Of a stretch of DNA of 64,000 nt, positions 52,401-64,000 are shown one piece after another (position 1 is the first letter of the stretch; every line of letters starts with the position of its first letter). Origin of the DNA: Lytechinus pictus (taxonomy: Eukaryota); assembly GCF_037042905.1 (NCBI RefSeq), contig NC_087245.1:24988001-25052000 (forward strand), given 5' to 3'. The position numbers were made by a program, and so were the translations under genes. Below the pieces are notes generated by a model. That model made no database searches and was not told the DNA's origin. It saw only the letters and a list, made by a program, of their open reading frames with translations.

Positions 52401-55400
52401 AAAACAAAGAACTGCACAGAATACAGTAAAATTCAGTTGCAATTACACTGTTCCATCTTTGCTTGTTTGGATTTTTATCTTGAAGTTAGATCCGTAAGTT
52501 TGAACAAAAAATGTCAAGCTTGCACGCTAGAACACAAGGCCAATGCATTAGTCTGCATGTTAACCTCATATGCACTTGTTTCATTTCATTGTGTTGCATT
52601 TAATGCAGCATTTGTCTGCGTTCTGTCAATAACGCAACTGAACGCAAGATGAAAATCCAACGTGTCAGCCAGGCTTTAGGGAAAACCCCATGAGAGGGTT
52701 TTTAATAAAAATAAACACAATGCAAAACTAAAAATAAAAAAGGTTGTCTTACCCTTCTTCTTCCTCCATAGCATCAGGATCAAAACAGCCTGTGTTGATT
52801 GGTTTAGTTTGACGAAGCAGGGTGATGTATGCATGGAAGATATCAGCCTTCACATTCTCCTCACGCTCTATCATGTTAAAACAATGGATAACACTTACTT
52901 TGGTGAACATTCTTACTAGCAAAAAAATGTTGCATTCAAATGAAGTTATTTTAATACACATTGTTATTCTGGAGCTACAAATACTATTATAGGAGTTTGG
53001 TGATTTTTTAAGTCTGAAATTTTCATAAACTTTGCTTCTGTCATATTACAAGGTAGGAACTTTGACAAGAGTCACATCCCCATGCCTTATAAAATGGGGA
53101 ATCTAATAAGTATGGTTGGATATTTTTGGATATTTTTATGACCATTTCCCTTCAACTCTGGCGAGTTGGAACAGGGTAACAGGAATAATGTCAAAATCAA
53201 ATCCCTTTTTATTAATTCCTATCAATTTATCTAAAACATGTTGTACAACACAAATAGTGAATATTCTTATTCCTGCTATGCCTTATTGGATAGGGCTCCT
53301 TTCTGTCACCTCATGCGAAATCTCATATCATCACACAAATGCCTATTCCCTATTTGTAAACTGATAGTATTGTTACATCATGCAGCCATATGTACTACTA
53401 CTAATAGGCAATTACATAGCACTGTTTATCTAGAATGTCTATTCCAAGGTGAACTACAATTGTTATCAATCTTTCAGGCTGCTACATCTATTACTATGGA
53501 TTCAGGAAATAATCATCTTGGATACCCACTCACCTCCCTTGGTTTCACTGAGTACTGAACAAATGGTCAATTAATATAACCAAAGTTGTATCAATTGCAA
53601 TCTAGGAACTAGACTGACTGGTATTTAAAAAGGCTAAGTGGCTTTAAGCTACAAGATATACCTTTGAATCTTGCGACAAGTGCAGGTGACACTGTGCTGT
53701 AGAACTCTGTCAACATCTCGTGTCTAGATCCAATCACAGCATCCAAACACTTCGCCGATGCCCTCCTTACTTTCCAGCTCATGTCATCATCATCACTGTA
53801 CTCATCATCACTCTCACTGTGGGGTAGCAGCAAAACATCCACAAACATTATAATCACATATAACACATCAAAGACCGAATTTTCTTCTGGTCATGAGTTT
53901 GAAATGTGAAAAACACTGTCCCAGAATGATTGGGAAATGTGAACTATTATGCTCCAACAGCATGTAAAAAAATGATGCTTGCTCTAAGTTATCGAAATCA
54001 CCAACTTGATAACTAGTGAAAATCAGCCCAGAATTACATGCGCACAGGAATTAATGTATGGGACAACATACAAATGGTCAGCCAGGAAATTTTGGCAAAT
54101 TTAATCAAAATATGAATGCACGGACACTTGAACTGCAATCACTTGCAGTAGACCATTTTTTTCTACCATCTTCTCCCTTTACATCATATAAAGAATTGAA
54201 AGTGCACATTTTTGCTTCCTCTTTCCCAGAAATACAAGAACACATGTAATACAGGAAATTGATATTCACGTAATACAGATCTAGTAAAGTGCAAACTGAA
54301 TTCTGCTATCCAAGTGACGAACACTATGGCAACCACTCTTTATAAGACACTGTACTATAATGCGTATTTTCATGAATAAGTTGGTTTGTGCAGCAAAATA
54401 AAAATCTTTCAATATTCTCTTTAGGTTCCATAGATTCTACTCTTGCATATTTATTCAAAGTAAGATTGTTTGGAATCAGTTGGATGAATCTTAAGCAGAT
54501 CTTTGATAGATCTGAATTAAGACTCAAGTTCACCCCAACAACAATTTTATACGCATGTAAAAAAATCAAAGACAGGAAATTCTATCACAATCGGATGTAA
54601 AATAAGGAAGTAAACACTTTACCAAATTTGTACTGTTTTACAAAATTGTGATAGATACAAAACAGGATGTATGTTGATGAGGGAGCCAATGATATGAAAG
54701 TATCACTATTTATGTTGTATTTTGTGATCTAAACTATCATATTTCATTTTTCTTTCTCCAACAGTTTTAAAATATCATTTAACCCCCCTTTCCAAATATT
54801 AGCATGTGTGTAACTTATTTAGAATGAATCAATGAAGAGCTTTATAGTATTATATATCATAGATCTATAAAAAAAACATTTTTATATTTCATATAATAAA
54901 ATACGAAACATCCCAGGCTCGCTCATTAGCAGATTGTGTTGTTAATACTCTTATGTACAGCTAAGTCTCCCCCCCAAAAAAAAAAATAAATAAAAATAAA
55001 GTAAGTAAGTGAGTGAGTGAGTCAATGGATGAATGAATGAATGAATAACTATATAAATAAATAAATAAATAAATACATGTAAATGACTGACTGAATTAAT
55101 GAATGAATAAATGAATAACTAACTAACTAAATAAATAAATAAATAAATAAAATTTTAAAAATCAAAATTTAAATTTTCCTTTTATACATCTGATTTTGAT
55201 GAGCTTTTCAGTTATAGTATACTTTATATTTTTCTATTCATTCAACTTGCTGTTGGGGGACTTGGTATTTAGCTATACCAATTACGGCAAACATATGATA
55301 ATCTTATTGTTCTTACCCATCTTCTTCTCCTTCAGTATCCATAGCATCTTCCTCCTCATCATCGTCTTCATAATTGTAGTTTGGATCATAACAGATGTAC

Positions 55401-58400
55401 TGGAGACAAAGGTCTACAATCTAAACAGTGTACAACAATGAAAATATATATCTAGAGTATGTAGTATATATAAGGTCCAAAGGGTCAGGCTCTGTCACAT
55501 TGCACTGTGCAAATCTTGCGAGTGACTTGCGGATGACTATTTTTGCTACCCACAGGTTGCCTGCATGTTGCCTGCATTGACAGTACATGTATCTCGTAAG
55601 TATCTCACACGCAGTTGCCAACAGAAGCGAATGCAGAAAAGTTTTGAACATGCTCAAAACATTTTTGCAGGTGAATTACGGGCAATCACCTGCAACTCAT
55701 CTGCAAGGCTTGCACGGAACGATGTGACAGGGGCTTTACATACGTCTAGGTAGTCTAGTGTGCCCTTGTCATAACAAATCTTTACAAATACAGTCCCTAC
55801 TGCATACACAAAGAATTTGTTATCAAACAAAAGAGCTTCTACTATTCAGATTTGGGCTACGAATCAACCAGGATTAGCTTACAAATATATCTTTCAAACT
55901 TCAATAAGGGATATAAAAATTAATAAAGCAAGTATTTCCTTCCAAAGTATTGGTGGCAATTCGCCTGACAATATTGCAATTATCACGGAGAGCGGGACAG
56001 TAATTGCCTGTCCATCTTCTTGCCTGTCCATCTTCAGATGAATAATTTTCAACTTTACTTTCTCAAAGCCTGGAAAATGTATACATGTAGAAAGCAATTC
56101 TAGAAACTGAAGCATGCAACCTCGATAAAATTGTCAATCCAAATTCTAAAGCGAATCAAATTAATTTCCTCTTACTCTAGGACCATCATGGGTTGGTGAC
56201 TTTTTCATGGTAAACACAATAAAAAAAATTAACTTATCCCTACCCATACAGCTACAATATAATAGTAACATGGAAAACAAAAATTTGCTTACAGTTGAAA
56301 CATGAGATGACACTTCTTTGGGACACCGTCTAACAAAAGATTCAAAAGCCTGCAAAAAAAAAAAAAAAAAAAATAGTTATAAACCACAAACTGAACGAAA
56401 ATGTCTGAAAATGGGTGCATTGGTTAAACTGATGTTGGAACAATGATTCTTCAGACAGGCTCCACATTATGCATGATCAGCAAGGATAATATTGCCAAGT
56501 TTTCATTATAATCTAAAAGGTTCTAACTGCATTACTTTTATGCATGAAAAAGTAAGATAGGTGCTTTATTTGTTTTTATAGCATAGTGACATATAAATGT
56601 ATTACGATATACTTTCCAACTGTTTTCCACTTCATTGTTATACTGTAGAAATGATTTGCTGAAAAAGCAATGCCACTTTTCATTGCATATTTTTACCATT
56701 AAATTATCCTCATCAAACACCACATTCTGAAGTTTTTCAAGGATTTCTATTATTCCCTCTAGGGAACAGGAAGTAACAGTGTTAAACTGTACAGAAGTTC
56801 TTTGAAATATAGGAAAACATAAAAACTAAAGACACAACTACTTACCTGGATACAATATTCTCTGAGTTCATCATCCTCATCAACCTTGCAAAACTTGACG
56901 ATCAGGGGAATGATCCTCTCCAAATGTTCCCCAACACGATGACCAGCTTGACGGCTAAATAAAATAAAAATATCAATTTACAAACTACATGTAAGATCAA
57001 TGTCAACACAATATCATTTAGTAGTAAATTTTTGGATTAATCAACTAATGCATAAATATAGTTCATGATATAAATGTTTAACTTTGCCATTGATTGTAAT
57101 TACCATGATAACGTTGTTTTACAACTAATCAAATAAAGATTTTCACTAAAATGAATAAAGTTCACTAAAATGAATTAAGTTAAACAATGGCAAGCTTTGC
57201 ACGTGTGCATGAAAGTTAACTCAAAGCTCACAAGCCAAAATCAAGCTGTAATAAACACATCTAACAATAAACAGGAAATGCTTTCTATTCAACCATGCTA
57301 TCTGGTCTATTCAAAAGGTCTATTCAACCAGATAGATCAGGATATAACACAGTGTTAAATACCCTATTGTGCCTTTAGAGGCTTGGTTTCATTCATCTTT
57401 TAACTATTCAATTTCAGTAACAAAAAGGACAATCTAATTCAATAGAATTTGGCAACTTCTTTACATAGGTATACAATTTTTAAGGCTCAACTGGTTGTCC
57501 ATGTGGGCTGTACAGCTTTCTACCATAGGCCAAGATGCCAGAAAGAATAGTTTGGAAATTAAGGAATAAAAATATATACATTACTGTATCTATTGATTGA
57601 AAGTTAATTGACACATCGTGCATTCAACTACTCCCCTCAATTACAATACACCACATTGACATTCTTGTCACAATCATCAATGGAATGATATCTTACAACA
57701 TAAAGCTAGCATGATGAAAACTGACTGAGATATCAATTCAGATTGCCATACTTCTATTCTTGGTAATGTTATGTTAAATGTAAAATCATAATACAACTTC
57801 AGCTAATGTGCTTTATAACTAATTCTTGTTGGTAAAGTAATGTGAGATGCACGATTAAATAACTTTAGCCAATTGCATTGAAACTTATTGATAAGACACA
57901 TCTGGCTTGCCATACTCCCTTTGATGGTAAATTCATGTGTGTTGTAGAATCATCAGGCAACTTAAGCTAATGTTTCAAGTTTCAAGTTTCATTTATTTCT
58001 CCTCAAGAGATCAAGATAAAAATACATAAAAAATAGACAATGTAAATACAATGAACATCAAATTTAAAGAAAGTGAGGAAGGTAATGACCAAAAAGGAAG
58101 AAACCTTGTGTGAGGCCAACCCATAACAAAAATTGTACTTAAAGTTAAAGAAATATTAAAAACATCATATAATTACAAATTCAATGTGAAAAAAAAAACA
58201 AAAAAACATAACAAACAAACACCTAACTAAACCTTAACCAAATGAGAATGGGGGGGGGGGGAGAACCAAAAATAAATCTAAGACTTAGACAATAAAAATG
58301 TTTTGTATTTCCTTTTAAAAACAGATACCGAAGGGCTTGATTGAATGTCAGAAGGGATTGAGTTCCAAATAACTGGTCCTTGATAAAATATACTGTTTTT

Positions 58401-61400
58401 GAAGATGGAAGTACTGCACTGTGGAATATGGATATTTTGGGCATTTCTTGTTGAATAAGTATGTACAGATGTGTTTAATAAAAAATAATTCTTAAGTGAA
58501 TTAGGCAAGAGATCCTTTTTATAGAAAAACATGAAAAGTGCAATATTCATTCTATTCAAATCCATTATATTCAAAATTTTCAAAGATGTAAACAATGGTC
58601 CAGAATGGGAGAGATAAGAAGAGTGAGTTATAATTCTCATGGCCTTTTTCTGCAAAAGAAATATTCTGTTAATATGTGTTTGGAAGGCATTACCCCAGGC
58701 TATATTGCAATAATTCAAATATGGTAAAATCAAGGTATTATACAATAAAAGAAGAATATTCTTCGGCAATGTGTGGAGTTTATACATAACACCAACGATT
58801 TTGGCAACTTTATTGCAGATGACACCAGCATGTTCATTCCAAGTTAACTTATTATCAACATTAACACCTAGAAAGGTAGTAAATGTTACTTCATTAACTG
58901 GCTTATCATTTAAACAAACCTCAAATTTGAATTGTGATCTATTTTTATTTGTAAAAACCAAAAAATTTGATTTCTTAACATTTAAGGTCAATTTATTAAC
59001 AGTAAGCCAGTTAGATACATATTTCAGTTCCTTATTGAAAATATTTTGTAAAGTTTGTACATTTTTATGGGACATGAACAAGCTGGTGTCATCTGCATAT
59101 AATATAGAGTCCACAATTTTGGAGACATTACTTAAATCGTTAATGTAAATTATAAACAGAAGTGGGCCGAGGATCGACCCTTGAGGCACTCCACATCTTA
59201 TACCTTGCATCGAGGAAGAAAAATTATCAATCGAAACAAACTGTTAACGATTTTGAAAATAATTGTCAAATAAACTGAGTGCAACCCCCCTAATTCCATA
59301 ATAACTTAATTTACGTAATAATAAATCATGATCAAGTGAGTCAAAAGCTTTGCTTAAATCAATAAAAAGACCAATCATTGTTTCCTGTTTATCTAATGCA
59401 CTTGTGACTTTATATACAAATTCTGCTAAGGCCGAAGATGTGGAGTGCCCCTTTCTAAAACCAAACTGATTATTGTTAAGAATATTGCACTGAGAAATGA
59501 AACTATGTAAACGAGAATAAATACATCTTTCTAATATTTTTGAAAAAATTGATAAAACGGAAATTGGACAATAATTTGAAATAATGTCAGGAGAACCAGA
59601 TTTAAAAACAGGGACCACTCTTGCAATCTTAAGCTGGTCTGGGAAAATCCCAGTAACAAAAGAAGAATTGAATATATCACATAATAATTTAGCAATTACA
59701 TGTATTGACTTCTTTACAACCTTGACATCAATACCATCAAAACCAGCACTGACATTATTTTTAAAACCAGTTACAATATCCAATATTTCTTTAGGAGTTA
59801 TTGGGGACAAAAATAAAGATTTGTCGTTTTTAGTAATATACTTTAATAAATCAGATTGAGTATTTATATTAGATGTAAGTTCAGAATGTAACTTCGGACC
59901 AATGTTAACAAAGTATTTGTTTATTGTATTACATATCACTTTATTATCTGTTAAGACCTGATCCTGGTATGTAATTTTATCAAGACCAGTTTTCTTTTGA
60001 GAACGACCAAGTGTTTTGTTAATCACTTTCCATGTTTGTTTCATATCACCAGAGGCATTTTGGAACTGTAATCGATAATATTCTTTTTTTGTTTTTTTAA
60101 TCAAATTTGTGAGTTTATTTCTTGATTTCTTATAAACACATTTCCTATATTCAGATGGATTCTTAATAAATTTCTTATACATCTTACATTTTCTTTTAGT
60201 TAACTTTTGTATTTCTTTTGTCATCCATGGCTTATAGCTCCTATTCTTATTGGTTATGGAAAAAGAGGAATATGGAAAGCATACATTGTATGCATGTAAA
60301 AATTTGTCTAAAAACTTATCATAAGACTTATTAGGATCTTCATGATCAACATTCCAAACAACTTTATTTAATTCAAGAATGAATTTAGCAATGTTTTGAT
60401 CTGTGATCTTACGCCGCTTCCCAGATATATTATTATATTTATTACAGTTAAGAATGGTGTTACTTAAACAAAAAACAGGAAAGTGATCACTTATGTCTGA
60501 AAACAATGCACCTGACAAAAAAACACTTTCGTCATTGGTGAAGATGTTATCCAACAGAGTCGCAGAGTGATCAGTGACTCTGGTTGGATAACGAATTAAA
60601 GTGTTCAGGGAATAAGATATCAAAGTGTCTAAAAAAATATTAACCTTATAATTCCTATTCACTTTTAACAAGTCGATATTATAATCCCCGAGTAAATACA
60701 GTTTATTACAAGATATATTTATTTTATCCAGTATTGCACATAATGAATCAACAAATAAACCAATGGGCTGACCAGGTGGTCTGTAAATAGATGCGACATA
60801 TATAGAATTATTACAAAGTTTCAATTCCAAGGACATACCTTCTACGTGGCATTCATTGATATCAAACTCTGTTACATGGGAGTATTCAACATTATTACGA
60901 ATGTAAAAACCAACTCCTCCACCTCTTTTATTCTTACGTTCTAAACCAACAAATTTATAGTCATCGATATTAAATATTGCACTTGGTGTGGATTCGGAAA
61001 TCCAAGTCTCTGTTAGGCCTATGATTGTAGGTTTGATATCTAAACAGCTTAAGAATGAAATCAAATTCTCATGGTTCTTAGAAAGACTTCGACAGTTTAT
61101 ATGTATACATGAAAAATGTTTATCATTTATACAATTATTATTTGACACACAATCCCTCAATTTGGTATTGAATTTAGAAATAGAAAAAACATTATTAGAT
61201 AAGTTAAAAGTAGCATCTTCGGTATCAACATCAGGTGATAAAAATCTATTTAATCTTGTAATATTATTCAGATATTGGCTCTCAAGATTATACATACAAA
61301 AATTACACTTATATATTATTCAAAATAAAAGAATACAAAAAAAGTGATATCAGATTTTTTTAATGCTTAAGACTAGTTTGACAGAATAAAAAAAAGCTTA

Positions 61401-63217
61401 ATAAAGTCTTGCCAGGTGCAATTAAATAACACCACCAGTCACACATCCCCGACACTGCCTACCTGCCTCAAACCGGAGAACAATAGATACATGTAATTCA
61501 CTGATTCCTGGCTGAGCCAGGCAAACAGGCATCAAAGATGTGTGACTGGTATTGCACAAGTATGTACAAATGGAGATCAGAGCAGAGAGCAATATAAACT
61601 CCGCACATGCACACAATGTACATTGAGTAATACAGACTCAGTACATAGGATATCATAGGTATAGAAGTTAAAAGATGTCCAAACAGGAGGAACAAAGCAA
61701 AGTCGAATCACAGTCACAGTCTCGCTAAATCTTCATCGCATGTGATGAGCTTCTTCACGATGTTGCCAGATGATGTAGGAACACCGGCAAAAATTCTTCC
61801 ATCTAATGTCCAATAGCGCGAGACCTTCTTGTGTTTTCGAACCTTGTGGTATAGTGACTCGTTCGATCTAGTTAAGTCTTCATTAACGAAAATTCCTGTT
61901 CCTTTCAGATTCTTCCGAGCTGCGATGAGTTTTGAGCGAATGCGATATGTAGCGAGCTTCACAATAATTGGACAGGGGAGATTCCGTGTGTTACGCGCAG
62001 CTCCTCTGTCATTAGGGTCACTCTTAGCAGCAGTTGGGGAAGAAACTCTATGGCAACGATCAATTTCATCCATCTTTAAGTTAACTCCTAGCTTCTTCTG
62101 AGCAAGTTCGATGATAAGGGCGTCTGTGTCTTCATTAGGTGTTTCCTGGATTCCATGAACACGAATACTATTTCTCCTTGTGTACTGTTCAAGAGCGTTT
62201 AGCTTACGATCGGTCAAAGAAACGTTGTTAGTAGCAGAAGCAATGGTTTTCTTCAAATTTTCAATCTCATTAGATTTGGATTCAACCTTAGCCTCTAGAT
62301 CCATAATCTTTCCTTCTTGTTCTTCAACTGTTTTCACCAATGCATCTAGCACTATTTGTTCTTTGATGGCTTCTTTCACTGTTGTTTTTAGGTAACTTTT
62401 GAATTCCTCATTTTTCAGAAGTTCTACAATAACATCTTGTGCAAGCTCGGATGGTGTAGCTTTCTTTTCTCTAGGCATGATAAGCTCTAAAACTCAAGGG
62501 GTCAATTCGTAATTCAGAACCCCTGTAGAAGCTAAGCCGTAAGACTAGTAGTAGTAGTAGATCTACAGTACATGTACTATGTAGATTTAGCTGATTTTTA
62601 GCTAATAATATCACTCCAAAAACCAAGCTGGAGAGCCCCAAAACAGCAATAAAAGTTCCACACCAGAGTAGTGATTGTACAAAATAAACAACCCTTTCGG
62701 TCACAGTTCAACAATAATGTATGATAGTCTATGTAGATCTATAATCCAGATTAAACTAACCATCGAGTTCCAGCAAAATTATGTGTACGTGGGACTGTAC
62801 ACAATCATCCAACTTACTGTGGTACCGAGAACTGCAAATAAGATCATGTAGACCTGGCAAGATGTGGCTCAAAAATATGCTTCTACATTCCAGACGGGTT
62901 CATCAAACAGTCTATGATGAGGAATCACGAAATAAAACTTATTTATAAGTCTAAAAAAGTCCGAAATTAAAATCTTACTGACTCTTACTAACTGCTCATC
63001 ACCTCAGAGAATAAAGCAAAGCTTTAAAAAAGTGATAAATATTACTCAACCATTTGGCTTACCATACTCTGTTAATTATGGAACACCCACCTGATTGCTC
63101 CGATGCACTGTACATATGTCCTTGTAGTAGAAGAGCTCTTGTTAGCACTCAGTTCACTGAGCAGGTAGTCCATCAAATCAGAGAAAAGTTTGACACTGCT
63201 ACTCATGACCAGGTGAC
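25498..63217 (-). CDS. CAND1: Cullin-associated NEDD8-dissociated protein 1, 27 coding exons (~1044 codons; 5' exons lie beyond the window): 63217-63091, 56954-56846, 56349-56293, 55420-55317, 53816-53662, 52867-52753, 51897-51712, 50956-50845, 50160-50067, 49591-49474, 48774-48609, 48190-48091, 47692-47492, 46846-46686, 39937-39842, 39148-39081, 38738-38644, 38070-37967, 31755-31688, 31046-30932, 30312-30238, 29654-29466, 28961-28890, 28195-28085, 27376-27316, 26488-26342, 25625-25498
   Basis: Peptides [87 protein letters not shown] and C-terminal MDTS*. GT-AG boundaries with consistent phases. Confidence 0.96.
25908..26129. repeat. Imperfect (GAT)n microsatellite
   Basis: Direct trinucleotide repeat; it explains the poly-I/S/H spurious ORFs. 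Confidence 0.95.
26129..26200 (+). mobile_element. tRNA-derived SINE fragment
   Basis: B-box-like GGTTCGATCCC followed by AGCCATGGCG...TGTGCTGCACTCAACCCAGGTGA; related to 46405-46600. Confidence 0.55.
27077..27253. mobile_element. Hairpin MITE in a CAND1 intron
   Basis: ~60-bp near-perfect arms GTTTCATAAAGCTGTTCGTAAGTTAAGAGCGACTTTAAGAACGACTGGTGATCCTTTCTT and its reverse complement. Confidence 0.8.
33530..34074 (+). pseudogene. PIF1-family (Helitron RepHel) helicase C-terminal remnant
   Basis: [35 protein letters not shown], then [19 protein letters not shown] and HYVALSRV (SF1B motifs IV-VI); contains stops and frameshifts. Confidence 0.85.
34180..35379 (+). pseudogene. DIRS/Ngaro-type gag-like ORF with two in-frame stops (34195, 34657)
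   Basis: One reading frame from ATG 34180: [47 protein letters not shown], and a C-terminal Cys/His finger [18 protein letters not shown]. Confidence 0.75.
35806..36353 (+). pseudogene. SGNH/GDSL hydrolase domain of the type carried by Ngaro/DIRS retroelements, frameshifted near the 5' end
   Basis: Block [13 protein letters not shown] (GDS changed to RDS) in a different frame; block [14 protein letters not shown]; block V DGLHL. Confidence 0.75.
38403..38552. mobile_element. Short MITE
   Basis: AGGGAGCATTTCATCAA ... TTCATGAAATGCTCCCT inverted termini. Confidence 0.65.
41053..44832 (-). CDS. LINE ORF2: APE endonuclease, reverse transcriptase and CCHC finger, 1259 aa, intact
   Basis: [73 protein letters not shown]. 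Confidence 0.95.
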   Translation of the reverse strand: MSIKLSSFNCRGLQDYVKRKKVFHFLRSLKSDIVFLQETHCDINDEHLWKTQWGEIAFFASFASNSRGVAILIRNSLNTNIKSIFKDPHGRFLIINSIINELPITLVNVYGPNNDDPDFLLRVFAELEKFDNEFIIVGGDFNTVIDDIDYQGSRDHHSNIKTSEMLSVLMEEYGLCDVWRSFHPGLKKYTRHQKSPRVLSRLDFILVSNNFLDNCKKSQILPGIQSDHSIVSVDFNDNQPVKGKGYWKLNTHYLHFDTEFINLVKDKIKEFKIIHQDSQCNNNIIWDTFKCFITGVCIEYSSRMKKQRNSEKNKLLADIDKIKIQLSNNVYVAGDPLFSQLEELEDKLDKIYEFETKGLIIRSKVRWLEDGEKSSKYFCNLENRSWQRKNINRLNDNEENLITNSTKILESIHDFYAKLYSLPDNNSGVDDDDLNGAIFANISVPKLSEDDKKFMETPLTKSELYNAVKAMKMNKTPGLDGLPVEFYIVFWNDISDMLIDSIQFSLKNGVMSSSQRNGVITLLPKKDKDPLFIKNYRPITLLTTDYKILAKCIATRLKCSLHSLIHDAQSGFMKGRNIGHNIRFILDIIEYTDFNDIPGTILLLDIEKAFDSVSHNFLFQTLKQFNFGTNFIDSIKTLYSSRQSYVLNNGFLTNRISMRRGIFQGCPISPYLFLLVIEIMALSIRQNDQIKGIPLQNNSEVKISLFADDSVCFLDGSNNSFSKLFDVLSNFGKYSGCKINFSKTEAVWIGSKKGCQNFPYSSQGVSWKTTQFKCLGVHFSLNLSLLYCLNYKERLKKIENTVNCWRMRNLSLIGKICVIKTLVLPQLIYLFSVLCIKIPRSFFTELNKIFYKFIWSGGRDRVQRKVMCNEYRNAGLKMIDPLLFAISQKLTWVKNLLDENFDAPWKKIELTFLEKFNQDVSLLWKCNAPECVLNSLGNIQLADSLRSWYFYREEATKEFYGHKFSELSACQSLWYNKLIRSKSNPYFHYEDWFNKNILTISDLFNPPFPGHKLFEELVLDFGISLRDRRKFNFLMKNIPESWLVEFDVDIIGVHDTIVFNLLHYKKVPKSVYYILLSPHVPIKKYAYWNDNLLLPVDISWEKIHYTNFFCTIDTKLRSFYFKIFHKTIAVNSFLFKIKRKDSPDCYFCGKKEETLIHIFCECEKITPIWHDLITVISQKLKSNLSVTNFEMLFGISTDRFLSYLFLLLKYHIYSCKFRNILPNFISFKSVVKKQKEIEYLLAKKKNRLHSHFKKWRFDL
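45364..46233 (-). CDS. LINE ORF1: L1-type coiled-coil/RRM RNA-binding protein, 289 aa
   Basis: Coiled coil followed by [23 protein letters not shown] and VSEDFS motifs. Confidence 0.92.
   Translation of the reverse strand: MGPKRQLDTPEKNNPKLTAPRKVIVQDSDATQANAPGEVSAVASAGEMLVGTAKHSVGEMKSDPPPHWFSSFIDRFESRFTRLEQHMELLLLERLDEMNLKVSENEEKISACAIQLDDVVAEVKKLKSEREDMIAKIDDLENRSRRNNLVFHGVPESPRESCIEVLQNFLHGFVGLSPEESTFERCHRTPTSKRSYPDQKPDPSPRVIHVAFTSYTIKERVRKACIAKLKENKGKKIFVSEDFSKCVLQKRRNKLDLIKRLRDEGKRPFFLYPDRVGFRARDGKLNIVG
46405..46600 (+). mobile_element. Degenerate tRNA-derived SINE next to the L1 insertion site
   Basis: A-box-like TGGTCTAGTG, B-box-like GGATTCAAATGC, and core TGTGCTGCACTCAACC shared with 26129-26200. 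Confidence 0.5.
55485..55738. mobile_element. MITE (Harbinger-like)
   Basis: AGGCTCTGTCACATTGCACTGTGCAA ... TTGCACGGAACGATGTGACAGGGGCTT inverted termini. Confidence 0.6.
58278..61295 (-). pseudogene. LINE ORF2 (APE + RT, ~1005 codons) broken by one in-frame TAA at 59246-59244
   Basis: [49 protein letters not shown]. The two ORF-track entries share one frame. Confidence 0.92.
61714..62478 (-). CDS. LINE ORF1 (coiled coil + L1-like RRM), 254 aa
   Basis: [26 protein letters not shown] and FVNEDLT motifs. Confidence 0.88.
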   Translation of the reverse strand: MPREKKATPSELAQDVIVELLKNEEFKSYLKTTVKEAIKEQIVLDALVKTVEEQEGKIMDLEAKVESKSNEIENLKKTIASATNNVSLTDRKLNALEQYTRRNSIRVHGIQETPNEDTDALIIELAQKKLGVNLKMDEIDRCHRVSSPTAAKSDPNDRGAARNTRNLPCPIIVKLATYRIRSKLIAARKNLKGTGIFVNEDLTRSNESLYHKVRKHKKVSRYWTLDGRIFAGVPTSSGNIVKKLITCDEDLARL

Positions 63218-64000
63218 CTGAATAAACAAATAATTGTCAATGGCCGATTGAGATTACAGCTACTCATGATACAAAAATTTATAGAGCATGATCTACACAC
63301 TACTCATAGTATTATTACTCTGGCTTTGCCTGACTGCCATCTTCAGAGCTGCCAACCTTGTGCAAGCAAAAAAAGGAATCATTATGGCCAAAAAAAGGAA
63401 TTTCCAACAAAAAAAAGGAATGTGTTAAAACGAACCTTAAAACCACACGCAACAAACATCCAATGCAAAAAGTATGTATGCAGTGAACAATTTAAAAAAA
63501 GTTAATCTCTAGGCCTAGTCTGGGCTAAGTAACGGAGTGTTACAAATTGGACCCTTAGTCTTGGGCCGTTTGATATAATCTACCAACTTTAATTAAGTCA
63601 GTAGCAGGGCTTGAATTAAGAATTGAGAGGGGCAAGGCCATTTTTAAATGGGCACTTTCAGCTTGGGGCAACCGGCAAAGTGGCCTTGAATGCCGCAAAA
63701 TTTCAAGGGGTATCAAGGCCATTCTAAAGGGCATGAAGGCCACTTTTATTCTAGTCAAATGGGCACCTAGGCAAATTTTTCTAAAAATGATAAGTAGCTA
63801 GGCCTTTCATTTTGTAGTGCAACCTACTCCGGCACTTATCAAAGTGAAGATCTGTCGAGAAAAAATTCTTTCAGGGGCCAGGGCACCAAAATCAGTTCTG
63901 GTGAACATTTTTAGGGCTCCATTTTTCTGGGGCTTCCTTTCCACTTCTAAAATAATTCATTGTTTTATGTTGAGTTTCCAGACAAAACTACCAATTTGTA

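Larger units (their letters stand above)
57972..62990 (-). mobile_element. Near full-length CR1/L2-group LINE (5' boundary approximate)
   Basis: 3' tail AATAAA-TGAAAC(TTGAAAC)2 on the minus strand; ORF1 plus ORF2; no clear TSD seen. Confidence 0.88.

Noticed and set aside
59238..59246. Programmed stop-codon readthrough in LINE ORF2
   Set aside because: The context TAA CAG TTT does not fully match CARYYA, and a second damaging change (NYCPIS) indicates decay.

Overview
Eukaryotic, intron-rich, AT-rich animal genomic DNA. The repeat families and gene structure suggest an invertebrate deuterostome, probably a sea urchin (inference). Three host genes: (1) the first two coding exons of an SLC22A18-like MFS transporter (minus strand, continuing off the left edge); (2) a complete RPLP0/uL10 gene (plus strand, TCT/5'TOP-type start, 7 coding exons, 314 aa); (3) 27 coding exons of CAND1 (minus strand, 5' end off the right edge). 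RPLP0 introns 4 and 5 each carry a C/D box snoRNA resembling U22/SNORD22. Intron 2 holds a ~350-nt, G-U-rich, possibly pseudoknotted RNA structure that encloses a cryptic stop-containing exon. This candidate splicing/NMD autoregulatory switch is the most interesting observation in the window. CAND1 introns hold an intact full-length L1/Tx1-type LINE with a 16-bp TSD, a CR1/L2-group LINE with a single nonsense codon, and a Helentron-like composite carrying a PIF1 helicase remnant plus a DIRS/Ngaro-like gag + SGNH hydrolase module. MITEs, SINE fragments and tandem repeats are abundant. All calls are by eye; no searches or folding programs were run.
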